From an uncultured Gammaproteobacteria bacterium (GTDB lineage: Bacteria > Patescibacteriota > Patescibacteriia > UBA9934): a stretch of DNA of 64,000 nucleotides. Below the pieces are notes generated by a model, which did no database searches, was not told the DNA's origin, and worked only from the letters and a program-made list of their open reading frames with translations. Below are positions 1-8,330 of the stretch, one piece after another (positions within the stretch are counted from its first letter, which is position 1; each line of letters begins with the position of its first letter). The stretch is taken from NCBI GenBank assembly GCA_964552565.1, contig CAZKGL010000001.1, positions 307,061 to 371,060 of the forward strand, read 5' to 3'. The position numbers were made by a program, and so were the translations under genes.

Positions 1-319
1 ACACGTGAATAATGACCTCGACACGCCGGGCGCGCTCGCCGTGCTCTGGACGTTCGTAAACGACGCGGGCGTGCAAAGCGACGTGAAGGCGGCGACCGTG
101 CTTGCGATGGACGAGGTGCTTGGGCTGGCGTTGGAAGACGTCGTCGCGCGTCCCATCCGCATGACGGATGAAGCGCAGAAACTGCTCGACGAACGCCAGG
201 CTGCGCGTGCGGCGAAGGATTGGGGGAAATCGGACGCGCTGCGCGACCAGCTCGCGGAGCTCGGCTATCTGGTCGAGGACACGGCAGAAGGGCAGCGGGT
301 GCGGGAGAAGCGGTACTAA
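1..319 (+). CDS. cysS: Cysteinyl-tRNA synthetase, C-terminal fragment; the CDS enters from upstream of the window
   Basis: The translation (DLDTPGALAVL...ARAAKDWGKSDALRDQLAELGYLVEDT) matches the CysRS C-terminal anticodon-binding/DALR region. The frame is open from base 2. Confidence 0.75.
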   Translation, partial: HVNNDLDTPGALAVLWTFVNDAGVQSDVKAATVLAMDEVLGLALEDVVARPIRMTDEAQKLLDERQAARAAKDWGKSDALRDQLAELGYLVEDTAEGQRVREKRY

Positions 320-322
320 GTT

Positions 323-430
323 GGCCGGGTCCTGCCGCCTTCGCACCCTGTCGCGCTGAGCGCGACCCTGTTGGGCGCTCGACTGGCGTCTACGCGCCCA
401 AGCAGGGGACCTGCTCGGCGTCACCCGGCT
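323..430 (+). repeat. Interspersed long-hairpin repeat, copy A. It carries an extra internal palindrome insertion GTCGCGCTGAGCGCGAC.
   Basis: Near-identical to the sequences at 15689-15783, 46214-46308 (reverse complement) and 50724-50816. The termini GGCCGGG...CCCGGCT are inverted repeats. Confidence 0.8.
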
Positions 431-450
431 GTCGTGTGAGCCTGGCTCTG

Positions 451-476
451 AAGCTCAGCTTCGAAGCTGAGCTTCC
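451..476. repeat. Perfect 26-bp palindrome GAAGCTCAGCTTCGAAGCTGAGCTTC. It could be a hairpin terminator or a protein-binding site.
   Basis: Exact 13-nt inverted repeat read directly; no T-run follows. Confidence 0.5.
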
Positions 477-628
477 GAGTTGTGCATAACGACCGTTGAC
501 AACGTGTCCATGAAGATGATGAACTGAAGATACGCAAAATCAATAAGACTATTGATTTTGGGCTCAACGAAAAAGCTTCCCTACTTCTTTATGAAGTGTT
601 GGGGAGCTTTTCGTTTGTCAAAATGCAT

Positions 629-701
629 GGGCCTGTCAGCATAACGGTAATGCTATCGGCGTTGAGCCCCGAGTATGTCGGTTCGAATCCGGTCGGGTCC
701 A
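629..701 (+). tRNA. tRNA, class I cloverleaf, anticodon read as UGA. Acceptor stem has G3-U70 and A73 (alanine-type identity elements); the genomic 3' end reads ACACCA. Identity is unresolved.
   Basis: Hand fold: acceptor GGGCCTG/CGGGTCC, D-stem AGCA/TGCT, anticodon arm TCGGC-GTTGAGC-CCCGA with one C-C mismatch at 31-39, T-arm GTCGG-TTCGAAT-CCGGT, short variable loop. Confidence 0.55.
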
Positions 702-711
702 CACCACGAAA

Positions 712-1263
712 ATGTGCTACACTATCGTCATGCCCGACGAAGGGACGGAGAAGAGCGTGACCAGTAATATGCTCGCACCGGAAAGCGGTGCGAAGGTTGA
801 GGCTGCCACGGAGGCGGCGCCGGAAAAGCCGCTGGAGATGCACGGCGCGGACATGGAGGAGCCCGAGCCGCAGCCCAAGGAACAAGAACATCCCGCGTCC
901 CCGCCGCAGCCCCCCGAGCCCGCACCGGCTCCTGCGCCCGCCGCCGCGCCGCCGGCAAAGGACAAGGCGGTCGTCGATGTGGAGAACATCCTCGCGTCCG
1001 GCCTCGAAGCGATGTACACGCAGCTGCCCGATGCAAAGAAGACGGCGTTCCGGCAGAAGGGCGAAGAGGTCGCGCGCGCCATCGTGCAGATGTTCCAAAC
1101 CGGAAGGGTAAAGGTCCATGCCATCCTCGACGCCATCCGTGACTGGCTGCGCATGATTCCCGGCGTGAACAAGTTTTTCTTGGAACAGGAAGCAAAGATC
1201 AAGACCGACCGCGTCCTCGCGTACGGCGAGAAGGCGTCGAAGGAGCAAACTAACGAAGTCTAG
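712..1263 (+). CDS. Hypothetical protein with a Pro/Ala/Glu-rich low-complexity N-terminus and a C-terminal globular domain. Alternative start at 730.
   Basis: Long ORF immediately upstream of the coupling ATPase; no recognisable family. Confidence 0.4.
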   Translation: MCYTIVMPDEGTEKSVTSNMLAPESGAKVEAATEAAPEKPLEMHGADMEEPEPQPKEQEHPASPPQPPEPAPAPAPAAAPPAKDKAVVDVENILASGLEAMYTQLPDAKKTAFRQKGEEVARAIVQMFQTGRVKVHAILDAIRDWLRMIPGVNKFFLEQEAKIKTDRVLAYGEKASKEQTNEV

Positions 1264-1282
1264 TGTGGGAGGAGCGCTTGTC

Positions 1283-3802
1283 ATGACGGCATACGCGAAG
1301 ACGTCCGGTCTCAACACCGCGTCCGACCTTTCGTTTGCCCCGTACCTCGTCGTTGCGGCGATCCTCGCGGCCATCGTCGCGGTTGCGTTTTTCGTGGCGC
1401 GGTCGATGCTGCGCAAGAAATCGCGCCAGCGGGGCGGGGCGTACACGAACGTCACGCTCATGGTGACGATCCCCAAGTTCCGCAGCGAGGAAGAGGCGAA
1501 GGGCAACGACACCCAGCAGACCGTCAAGGAGTCGATTGCGATCGCCGAAACGTTCTTTTCCGCGGTCGGCGGCTTGAAGCCGGAGCACGGGTTGAAGGCG
1601 TGGCTGTACGGCCGCCCGGATTCCCTTGCGCTCGAGATCGTCGCGCACGCAAAGCTGGTGACGTTCTTCGTGACGGTGCCGCGGTATCTGCAGGAGTTCA
1701 TCGAACAGCAGCTCCATGCACAGTACAGCGACGCGCACATCGAGCCGGTCGAGGACTACAACCTGTTTGCGCCGACGGGCACGGTGCTCGGCGGCTATTT
1801 GACGTTAAAGCGCCAAAGCGTCTTCCCGCTCAAGACGTACAAGGAGCTCGATTCGGACCCCATGAACGCGCTCACGAACGCGTTGTCGAAGGTGCAGGAG
1901 GGCGACGGCGTTGCGGTGCAGTACATCGTGCGGCCAGCGCACCACGGCTGGCGCGAGCTTGGCGCGAAGATCGTGCGCAACATGAACAACGGCATGACGC
2001 TCGAGGAAGCGACGAAGGGCAAGTCGATGGCGAGCTGGTTTGCGACGAAGGAAGACGTCGAAAAGAAAAAAGAGGAGAAGCGCGAGCGCAAACTCTCCCA
2101 AGCTGAGCAGAAGATGGTCGAGGGGATCGGCAACAAGATCAGCAAGGCCGGCATGGAGGTCAATGTGCGCGTCGTGTCGTCCGCGCAATCGGCGGACACC
2201 GCGCTTGCGAACCTGAACAACGTGCTCCAGGCGTTCAGCCAGTACAACATTTACGAATACGGCAATTCGTTCAGCAAGGTCATCCCGCCGGGGAAGGGCA
2301 AGCTTATCGACGCGTTCATTTTCCGCACGTTCGAGGAGCGCCAGCGCGTCATCCTGAACACGGAAGAGATGGCGTCGCTCTGGCACCTGCCGCTCCCGTC
2401 GACCGATACCCCGAACATCCGCTGGATGCTTGCGCGCGTCGCGCCGGCGCCGACGAACACCCCGACCGAGGGCCTCTTGCTCGGGTTCAATACGTTCCGC
2501 GGCGTGAAGAAGGACGTCTACCTCAAGGATGCCGACCGCCGACGCCACCTGTACATCATCGGTAAAACGGGCGCCGGTAAGTCGGAGTTCATCAAGAACC
2601 AGGCGATCCAGGATATCCGGAACGGCAAGGGCGTCGCGGTCATCGACCCGCACGGCGACCTGGCGGACGGGCTGCTTGAACTCATCCCGAAGCATCGTTA
2701 CGACGACGTCATCTACTTCAATCCGTCCGACATGGAGCGCCCGATGGGTCTCAACATGCTCGAGGCGCCCAACGAGCAGATGCGCGACTTCGCCGTGCAG
2801 GAGATGATCAGCATCTTCTACATGCTGTTCCCGCCGGAGATGATCGGTCCCATGTTCGAGCACAACATGCGCAACTACATGCTGACGCTCATGGCCGACG
2901 TCGAGCATCCGGGCACCATCGTCGAGATCCCGCGCATGATTGCGGACGAGAAGTTCCAGCAGCAGTGGGTCGCGAAGGTCAAGGACCCGGTGGTGCGCAG
3001 CTTCTGGGAGGACGAGATGGCGAAGACGAGCGACTACCACAAGAGCGAGATGATGGGCTACCTCGTCAGCAAGGTCGGCCGTTTCGTCGAGAACGAGATG
3101 ATGCGCAATATCATCGGCCAGTCGAAGAGCGCGTTCAACTTCCGCGAGATCATGGACGAGGGCAAGATCCTCCTCGTTAACCTGTCGAAGGGCAAGACCG
3201 GCGAGGTGAACGGGAACCTCCTCGGCCTCATCCTTGTCGCGAAGCTCCAGATGGCGGCGTTCACCCGCGCGGACATCCCGGAGCCGGAGCGCAAGGATTT
3301 CTACCTGTACATCGACGAGTTCCAGAACTTCGTCACGCCGTCGATCGCCACGATCCTTTCCGAGGCGCGTAAGTACCGCCTGAACCTCGTGATGGCGCAC
3401 CAGTACATGGGGCAGCTTGTGAAGGACGGGAGGAGCGAGATCCGCGACGCTGTGCTTGGCAACGTCGGCAGCATGTTCGTGTCACGCATCGGTCCTGAAG
3501 ACACGGAGGTGCTTGCGAAGATCTACGAACCGACCTTCTCGCCGTACGACCTCATGAACAATGAGGCATACAGCTGGAATGCGAAGATCATCATCGACAA
3601 CTCGCAGGAGAAGCCGTTTACGCTCAAGGCGTATCCCCCGGAGAAGGGAAAGCCGAAGGTGGGCGAGGCCCTGAAGGAGATCTCGCGCCTCCTGTACGGA
3701 CGCGACAAGGGCATCGTGGAGCGCGAAATTACGATCCGCGCCGGGCTCGGCATGAAGCCGCCCGTAAAGCCCGTCGCCCCTGTTTCACCTCCAAGCCTCT
3801 AG
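1283..3802 (+). CDS. TraD/VirD4/TrwB-family type IV secretion coupling-protein-like ATPase with an N-terminal TM helix. Alternative start at 1265.
   Basis: Walker A IIGKTGAGKSEF followed by VIDPHGD (TrwB/T4SS-DNA-transfer signature). Walker B/TraG-D_C-like YLYIDEFQNF...VMAHQYMGQL. GGGAGGAG lies 8 nt upstream of ATG 1283. Confidence 0.6.
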   Translation: MTAYAKTSGLNTASDLSFAPYLVVAAILAAIVAVAFFVARSMLRKKSRQRGGAYTNVTLMVTIPKFRSEEEAKGNDTQQTVKESIAIAETFFSAVGGLKPEHGLKAWLYGRPDSLALEIVAHAKLVTFFVTVPRYLQEFIEQQLHAQYSDAHIEPVEDYNLFAPTGTVLGGYLTLKRQSVFPLKTYKELDSDPMNALTNALSKVQEGDGVAVQYIVRPAHHGWRELGAKIVRNMNNGMTLEEATKGKSMASWFATKEDVEKKKEEKRERKLSQAEQKMVEGIGNKISKAGMEVNVRVVSSAQSADTALANLNNVLQAFSQYNIYEYGNSFSKVIPPGKGKLIDAFIFRTFEERQRVILNTEEMASLWHLPLPSTDTPNIRWMLARVAPAPTNTPTEGLLLGFNTFRGVKKDVYLKDADRRRHLYIIGKTGAGKSEFIKNQAIQDIRNGKGVAVIDPHGDLADGLLELIPKHRYDDVIYFNPSDMERPMGLNMLEAPNEQMRDFAVQEMISIFYMLFPPEMIGPMFEHNMRNYMLTLMADVEHPGTIVEIPRMIADEKFQQQWVAKVKDPVVRSFWEDEMAKTSDYHKSEMMGYLVSKVGRFVENEMMRNIIGQSKSAFNFREIMDEGKILLVNLSKGKTGEVNGNLLGLILVAKLQMAAFTRADIPEPERKDFYLYIDEFQNFVTPSIATILSEARKYRLNLVMAHQYMGQLVKDGRSEIRDAVLGNVGSMFVSRIGPEDTEVLAKIYEPTFSPYDLMNNEAYSWNAKIIIDNSQEKPFTLKAYPPEKGKPKVGEALKEISRLLYGRDKGIVEREITIRAGLGMKPPVKPVAPVSPPSL

Positions 3803-3824
3803 TGTGCTAGTCTAGGCACACTAT
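3803..3824. promoter_or_regulatory. 22-bp perfect palindrome AGTGTGCTAGTCTAGGCACACT between the coupling ATPase stop and the dnaX start; possible operator.
   Basis: Inverted repeat read directly in the 20-nt intergenic gap. Confidence 0.35.
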
Positions 3825-5328
3825 GGCCGAGACGCTCTACCGCAAATACCGCCCACAGACCTTTGCCGATGTCGCCGAGCAGGACCATGTCCGGCGTACC
3901 GTCGAGAACCAGCTGAAGACCGACACGGTCGCGCACGCGTACCTCTTTTCGGGTCCGCGCGGCGTCGGCAAGACGACGATTGCCCGTCTCCTCGCAAAGG
4001 CGGTGAACTGTACCGGACGCGCCGCGGGGCAGAGCGAGCCGTGTAATGCGTGCTCGCATTGCGCCGACTTCGCCGCAGGGAGGTTTTTGGACGCCATCGA
4101 GATCGACGCGGCGTCGCACACCGGCGTCGACAACGTCCGCGAAAACGTCATCGAGAACGTCCGTTTTGTCCCGCAGCGGGGCAAGTACAAGGTCTTCATC
4201 ATCGACGAAGTGCACATGCTCTCGACGAGCGCGTTCAACGCGCTCCTGAAAACGCTCGAGGAACCGCCGGCGCACGTCATGTTCATTTTCGCCACGACCG
4301 AACTCCACAAGATTCCCGCGACCATTGTCTCGCGCTGCCAGCGGTTTGATTTCCACCGTATCCCGGCGGACGAGATGGTGGGGCGCCTCGGCCGTATTGC
4401 AAAGGCGGAGGGCGTCACCGTCGACGAGGACGTGCTGCGCACCATCGCGAAGCTCCCGGAGGGCTGCCTGCGCGACGCGGAGAGCCTGTTCGGCCAGGTC
4501 TTGTCCGTCGGCGGGCCGCAGATCACCGCGGAGTCGGCGTCGGCCGTGTTGCCGATGACGACCATCGCGCTTGTGCGGGACCTTCTCGAGTGCGTGGTCG
4601 TGAAGGACATGCCGGGCATCATCGCCAAGCTCACGGCCTTTGTTGACGAGGGCGGATCGGTGAAACAGCTGCACGATGAGCTGATTGAGGAGGCGCGCGA
4701 CGTCATGTGCGCGGCGATCGAGGGGAAGGAGGCGGCGGTTGACGCGGCCTCGGCGCGCCGCCTGCTCGACCTGTTGCTTGCTGCGCGGAACCGCCCGTCG
4801 CTCGCCATCCTTCCGCAGCTGCCGCTTGAACTGGCATTGGTCGAATTTGTGCTTGGCAATCCGTCGGCCCCTGCCACGCCCTCCGCACCGCCTCCGGCCC
4901 CTCCCAGGGGAGGAGGGGAGCCGCGCGGGCTTGTCGGGCCGCGTCCTGCACAGCCCCCACACCATCCCACCACCCCACCATCCACCAACGACACGACGCC
5001 GTCCGGCGCGCTCTCTTTTACGCTTGACGATATCCAGAACAAGTGGGAGCGATGCTGCGACTATGTCGCGGACCGGAACGTGGCGCTGCCGCTCGTGCTG
5101 CGCGCCGGCAAGCCGATGACGGTCGAGGGGAACCGCGTGACGATCGGCTTCGCGTACGGGTTCCACGCCGACGCCTGCAAGGAACAGAAAAACATCCGCC
5201 TTATCGAAGACGCGGTCGCGGCGGTCATGATGGAGCGGCCGATCGTCGGCGTCGCGGTGTTGCCGCAAACGAACACCGACCCGCTCGGCGACCTTGCGGC
5301 CGCGTTCGGCGGATCGGTGGTGGGCTAG
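3823..5328 (+). CDS. dnaX: DNA polymerase III subunit gamma/tau
   Basis: N-terminus YRPQTFADVAEQDHV...AYLFSGPRGVGKTTIARLLAKAVNC, then the CxxC zinc module and the DEVHML box. A Pro-rich linker contains a copy of the CCACCATC-type repeat. Confidence 0.9.
   Translation: MAETLYRKYRPQTFADVAEQDHVRRTVENQLKTDTVAHAYLFSGPRGVGKTTIARLLAKAVNCTGRAAGQSEPCNACSHCADFAAGRFLDAIEIDAASHTGVDNVRENVIENVRFVPQRGKYKVFIIDEVHMLSTSAFNALLKTLEEPPAHVMFIFATTELHKIPATIVSRCQRFDFHRIPADEMVGRLGRIAKAEGVTVDEDVLRTIAKLPEGCLRDAESLFGQVLSVGGPQITAESASAVLPMTTIALVRDLLECVVVKDMPGIIAKLTAFVDEGGSVKQLHDELIEEARDVMCAAIEGKEAAVDAASARRLLDLLLAARNRPSLAILPQLPLELALVEFVLGNPSAPATPSAPPPAPPRGGGEPRGLVGPRPAQPPHHPTTPPSTNDTTPSGALSFTLDDIQNKWERCCDYVADRNVALPLVLRAGKPMTVEGNRVTIGFAYGFHADACKEQKNIRLIEDAVAAVMMERPIVGVAVLPQTNTDPLGDLAAAFGGSVVG
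4957..4987. repeat. In-frame oligo-repeat CCACACCATCCCACCACCCCACCATCCACC (CCACCATC-type), copy 1, inside dnaX. It encodes PPHHPTTPPST.
   Basis: Shares the (CCACCATC)n core with 38644-38675 and 45415-45447. Confidence 0.6.
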
Positions 5329-5681
5329 TCGTTCAGGCCGAGGAGCACTTGCGCCTTGGCGATGTCGTCGTAAATTTTTTTGCGCATGACCTCTTCCGAT
5401 TCCCAGGGGATGAGGTCGCTGACCTTGTCGCCGATTTCGACGGCGAGCGTTTCTCCCATGAGCTCAAGGTCGGCGTTGAGGATGTGTACTTCGAATTTCT
5501 TGAGCCCGTCCGCGCCGTAGCAGATGATGGACGGGAGCGCGGTGCCTTTGTAGCTTGTCCGTCCGATGTACACGCCCGCGGGAATGCCAAGCGGCGCCTC
5601 GAGCGCGAGGTTTGCGGTAGGGGTGCCGAACATTTTTCCGGCGAGCCCCTGGCCTCTGACGACGGTCCCCCGGACGATCAT
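5325..5681 (-). CDS. Riboflavin kinase, stand-alone RibF C-terminal-type domain
   Basis: VVRGQGLAGKMFGTPTANL matches the riboflavin-kinase GxGRG..FPTAN motif. 118 aa, overlapping the ribH stop. Confidence 0.65.
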   Translation of the reverse strand: MIVRGTVVRGQGLAGKMFGTPTANLALEAPLGIPAGVYIGRTSYKGTALPSIICYGADGLKKFEVHILNADLELMGETLAVEIGDKVSDLIPWESEEVMRKKIYDDIAKAQVLLGLND

Positions 5682-6136
5682 AGGTCAAGCGTTGCCATTT
5701 CGAGCGCGACGTGCGCGGCTTCTGCGCCGCGGTTCATGGGCCCATCCCCTGCGCGTTCCTCCGCCTGCGCCTTGTCATTGACGGTCAGGACGCCGGCGAC
5801 GACCGGGAGGTTGTGGCCGATGGCGATGTCCTTCATGCCGTCGTACACCGCATGCGCGAGGTACTCGTCATGTTTCGTTGCGCCCTTGATGATGGCTCCT
5901 AGACAAATAATAGCATGGTACCGTTCGGCCGACGCCAGCATGTTCGCCGCATGGATGATTTCGAACGACCCGGGGACCTCGACGACACGGATACGATCGT
6001 CCGTGACGCCGCTGTCGCGAAGTACCTGGAGCGCCCCGTCGAGCAGTCCCTGGGTGATGGCATCGTTGAACCGTGCCCGGACGATGGCGACGCGGAGTCC
6101 GCCCCCGTCGACCGCGCGGAAGGTGTTGTGGTCCAT
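5678..6136 (-). CDS. ribH: 6,7-dimethyl-8-ribityllumazine synthase
   Basis: RVAIVRARFNDAITQGLLDGA...VVEVPGSFEI...GAIIKGATKH is typical lumazine synthase. Confidence 0.85.
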   Translation of the reverse strand: MDHNTFRAVDGGGLRVAIVRARFNDAITQGLLDGALQVLRDSGVTDDRIRVVEVPGSFEIIHAANMLASAERYHAIICLGAIIKGATKHDEYLAHAVYDGMKDIAIGHNLPVVAGVLTVNDKAQAEERAGDGPMNRGAEAAHVALEMATLDL

Positions 6137-6196
6137 AGTGGAGCAAGCGTAGGCGAAGCGCTTGGATATTGCAACGTCAGCAGTCCGGTTGACGGA

Positions 6197-6225
6197 TTGA
6201 CGCGGTCGGCCGGAAATGCTATTCT
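6197..6225 (+). promoter_or_regulatory. Putative sigma70-type promoter for tRNA-Gln: TTGACG-N17-TATTCT
   Basis: Hexamers 17 nt apart; the -10 ends about 20 nt before the tRNA 5' end. Confidence 0.4.
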
Positions 6226-6245
6226 CAGGCCGAAAATTGAACTCC

Positions 6246-6319
6246 TCCGGGATCGTCTAACGGCAGGACAACGGACTCTGAATCCGTTTATCTTGGTTCG
6301 AATCCAAGTCCCGGAACCA
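6246..6319 (+). tRNA. tRNA-Gln (anticodon CUG), CCA encoded
   Basis: Acceptor TCCGGGA/TCCCGGA, anticodon arm ACGGA-CTCTGAA-TCCGT, T-loop TTCGAAT, discriminator A plus CCA. Confidence 0.85.
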
Positions 6320-6321
6320 CG

Positions 6322-6350
6322 AAAAAACAACGGCAAACCCGTTGTTTTTT
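6322..6350 (+). terminator. Rho-independent terminator after tRNA-Gln
   Basis: AAAAAACAACGG-caaa-CCGTTGTTTTTT hairpin followed by a T-run. Confidence 0.7.
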
Positions 6351-6453
6351 CGTGCCACGTGGTCGGAGGAACCATGTCCGACGACTTTACGTGGCTGTAT
6401 TATTGCCGTTGTTCTCGTGGCAGGCCGCCGTTTTGATAGAATAGTTCCGACAT

Positions 6454-6912
6454 ATGAAAACGTACCTCCTCCTCGCTCTTATCGTGCTTTTGCTCCTCGG
6501 CCTGGTTGCGTGGTTTTTCCGCCCCGAGCTTCCGACGACCGACGTCGTCCTCGCCGACGATGTTGCGCTGTATATCCCCGACCAGCGGGCGGGCGGCCAG
6601 CTTGTCGGCGCGGTCGTGTCGACGCCGTCCGGCGGGTTCGTCATCGTGCATGAGCGTACCGAGGCCGGCGCCGGGGCGATTATCGGGGGGACAGGACTGC
6701 TGCCGCCCGGCCGGGTCGACGCGTTCGCCATCCCCCTCGAGCGGGACGCAGCGGACGGGGAGTGGCTGTACGCCATGTTGTACGCCGATACGGACGGCAA
6801 CGGGGACTTTACGGCCGGGGCGGACCAGCCCATGCGCGACAGTGCCGGCGCCACGGTGTACGGCATTCTCCAGACGCGGTCCGACCTCCCGAAATATCGC
6901 GCCAGGGAATAG
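6454..6912 (+). CDS. Hypothetical exported or membrane-anchored protein
   Basis: N-terminal hydrophobic segment LLLALIVLLLLGLVAWFF. The antisense ORFs here look GC-driven. Confidence 0.45.
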   Translation: MKTYLLLALIVLLLLGLVAWFFRPELPTTDVVLADDVALYIPDQRAGGQLVGAVVSTPSGGFVIVHERTEAGAGAIIGGTGLLPPGRVDAFAIPLERDAADGEWLYAMLYADTDGNGDFTAGADQPMRDSAGATVYGILQTRSDLPKYRARE

Positions 6913-7050
6913 GGGGTTCGGATTGGGTGGCCGTGTCAGTAGTACGCCTGACACGTGGCGGCGGTGGGGCAGCTATCCACAGGCCCCGCGTCTCTTGCAA
7001 AAACTTTGGGAGGTTATACTATAACGGCCACGTAATTCATATCACGCACT

Positions 7051-7230
7051 ATGAACACCGCAATCGCGACGGAACTCGAACTCAACGTACTCACCCCGGT
7101 GGCAATGGATCCGGATGAGGACGCGGGCGACGACATGGCCGATGATGATGAGGACGAGGAAGAGGCTGAAGGTGAGGAAGGCGATGAAGATGAGGAAGAG
7201 GCTGAAGGTGAGGAAGGCGACGACATGTAA
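7051..7230 (+). CDS. Small (59 aa), extremely acidic protein with the duplicated motif DEEEAEGEEGD
   Basis: My own translation is MNTAIATELELNVLTPVAMDPDEDAGDDMADDDEDEEEAEGEEGDEDEEEAEGEEGDDM. It is below the ORF-track size cutoff, has a putative TTGCAA-N16-TACTAT promoter upstream, and a hairpin terminator immediately downstream. Confidence 0.4.
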   Translation: MNTAIATELELNVLTPVAMDPDEDAGDDMADDDEDEEEAEGEEGDEDEEEAEGEEGDDM

Positions 7231-7233
7231 ATA

Positions 7234-7265
7234 AAATAGCGCGGCCATGCGGCCGTGCTATTTTA
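7234..7265. terminator. Bidirectional hairpin terminator between the convergent small acidic gene and dus
   Basis: AAATAGCGCGGCC-atgc-GGCCGTGCTATTTT. Confidence 0.55.
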
Positions 7266-8330
7266 TTTCCCCATCAACACCGCGGGGCGGAAGGTGAGGG
7301 TGTCGTTTGCGTCATGGTCGTCCTCGAACTGTTGGAAGATCGCTTCAAGTTCCTCCGGCGTCGCCGCTTTCATCATCGCGTCCTTGTACTTTTTCATTTG
7401 TGGCATCCCCTTGAAGTACCACGACAAGTGTTTGCGGAACGTCGGGACGGAGTTGGGCCCGTACTGCTCGAGATGCAGCGCGAGATGGCGGCGCACCACG
7501 CGCATGCGTTCGCCGAACGTCACCGGCGTCGGCGTCTTACCCGCGAGCACCTCGTTGATCTGCGTGAAGATCCACGGGTTGCCGAGCGCGCCGCGGGCGA
7601 TGAGCACGCCGTCTGCGCCGCTCTGCTTGAGTGCGTCGGCGACTTTCTCGGCCGTGTGGATGTCGCCATTCACGAGGACGGGAATGCGCACCGCCTTTTT
7701 CACTTCACCGACCTTCTTCCAGTCCGCAACGCCGCTGTAGCCCTGGCACTTCGTCCGGCCGTGGACGGTCAGCAGGTCGGCGCCGGCGTCCTCGAGCGTC
7801 TTGGCGAACGCGACGCAATCGTTTGGGTCTTCCCAGCCCAAGCGGATTTTCACCGACAAGGGGACGCTGATTGCTGCCTTCATCGCTTGTACGATGTCTG
7901 CGGCAAGTGCCGGCTGCTGCATGAGCGCGGCGCCGTTGAAGCTGTGGACGATCTTGTACACGGGGCAGCCCATGTTGATGTCGAACCCTTCGGGGCAGTG
8001 CTCGGCCTCGATGATGCGCGCCGCCTCTGCCATCGTCGTCGGGTCGCTGCCGAACACCTGTTGCACGAGCGGGCGCTCGTCAGCATGGATCTCCGTCATG
8101 CCGAGCGTCTTGTCGTTCCCGCGCACGACCGCCTCTGCCGAGACCATTTCGCGGAACACAATAGGGTTCGCGATCTCTTTGACGATGCGGCAAAAGGCAG
8201 AGTCCGTCATGTCAGCCATCGGGGAGAGGGCGACAATCGGGCGCGGCAGGGTGTTCCAGTCGAGTGCGGGCACAAGACGATGAGTATAGCCGGTTTTCGC
8301 ATCGCCGACAAGGTGGTACGATGTCCGCAT
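7263..8330 (-). CDS. tRNA-dihydrouridine synthase. The ORF is open back to 8510, but the family N-terminus begins near 8330.
   Basis: PIVALSPMADMTDSAFCRI...VFGSDP...NMGCP...KIRLGWED...HGRT...VNGDI are Dus family motifs. Confidence 0.85.
   Translation of the reverse strand: MRTSYHLVGDAKTGYTHRLVPALDWNTLPRPIVALSPMADMTDSAFCRIVKEIANPIVFREMVSAEAVVRGNDKTLGMTEIHADERPLVQQVFGSDPTTMAEAARIIEAEHCPEGFDINMGCPVYKIVHSFNGAALMQQPALAADIVQAMKAAISVPLSVKIRLGWEDPNDCVAFAKTLEDAGADLLTVHGRTKCQGYSGVADWKKVGEVKKAVRIPVLVNGDIHTAEKVADALKQSGADGVLIARGALGNPWIFTQINEVLAGKTPTPVTFGERMRVVRRHLALHLEQYGPNSVPTFRKHLSWYFKGMPQMKKYKDAMMKAATPEELEAIFQQFEDDHDANDTLTFRPAVLMGK

Noticed and set aside
629-701. Reading the first tRNA on the minus strand
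   Set aside because: The reverse complement puts the TTCGAAT loop near the 5' end and gives C at position 33. Only the plus-strand fold is a valid cloverleaf.
589-1740. Long minus-strand ORF (383 aa) overlapping the tRNA and the 712-1263 gene. Similar long antisense ORFs occur at 1805-3400, 3799-5268, 7314-8558, 12600-13697, 24790-26469, 26734-28437, 29977-32883, 36795-38810, 39608-41950, 42429-44372, 50755-53913 and 55508-57943.
   Set aside because: At ~65% GC, stop codons are rare in all frames. These ORFs run antisense to genes with clear family motifs, have Arg/Ala/Pro-rich low-complexity translations, and show no recognisable domains.
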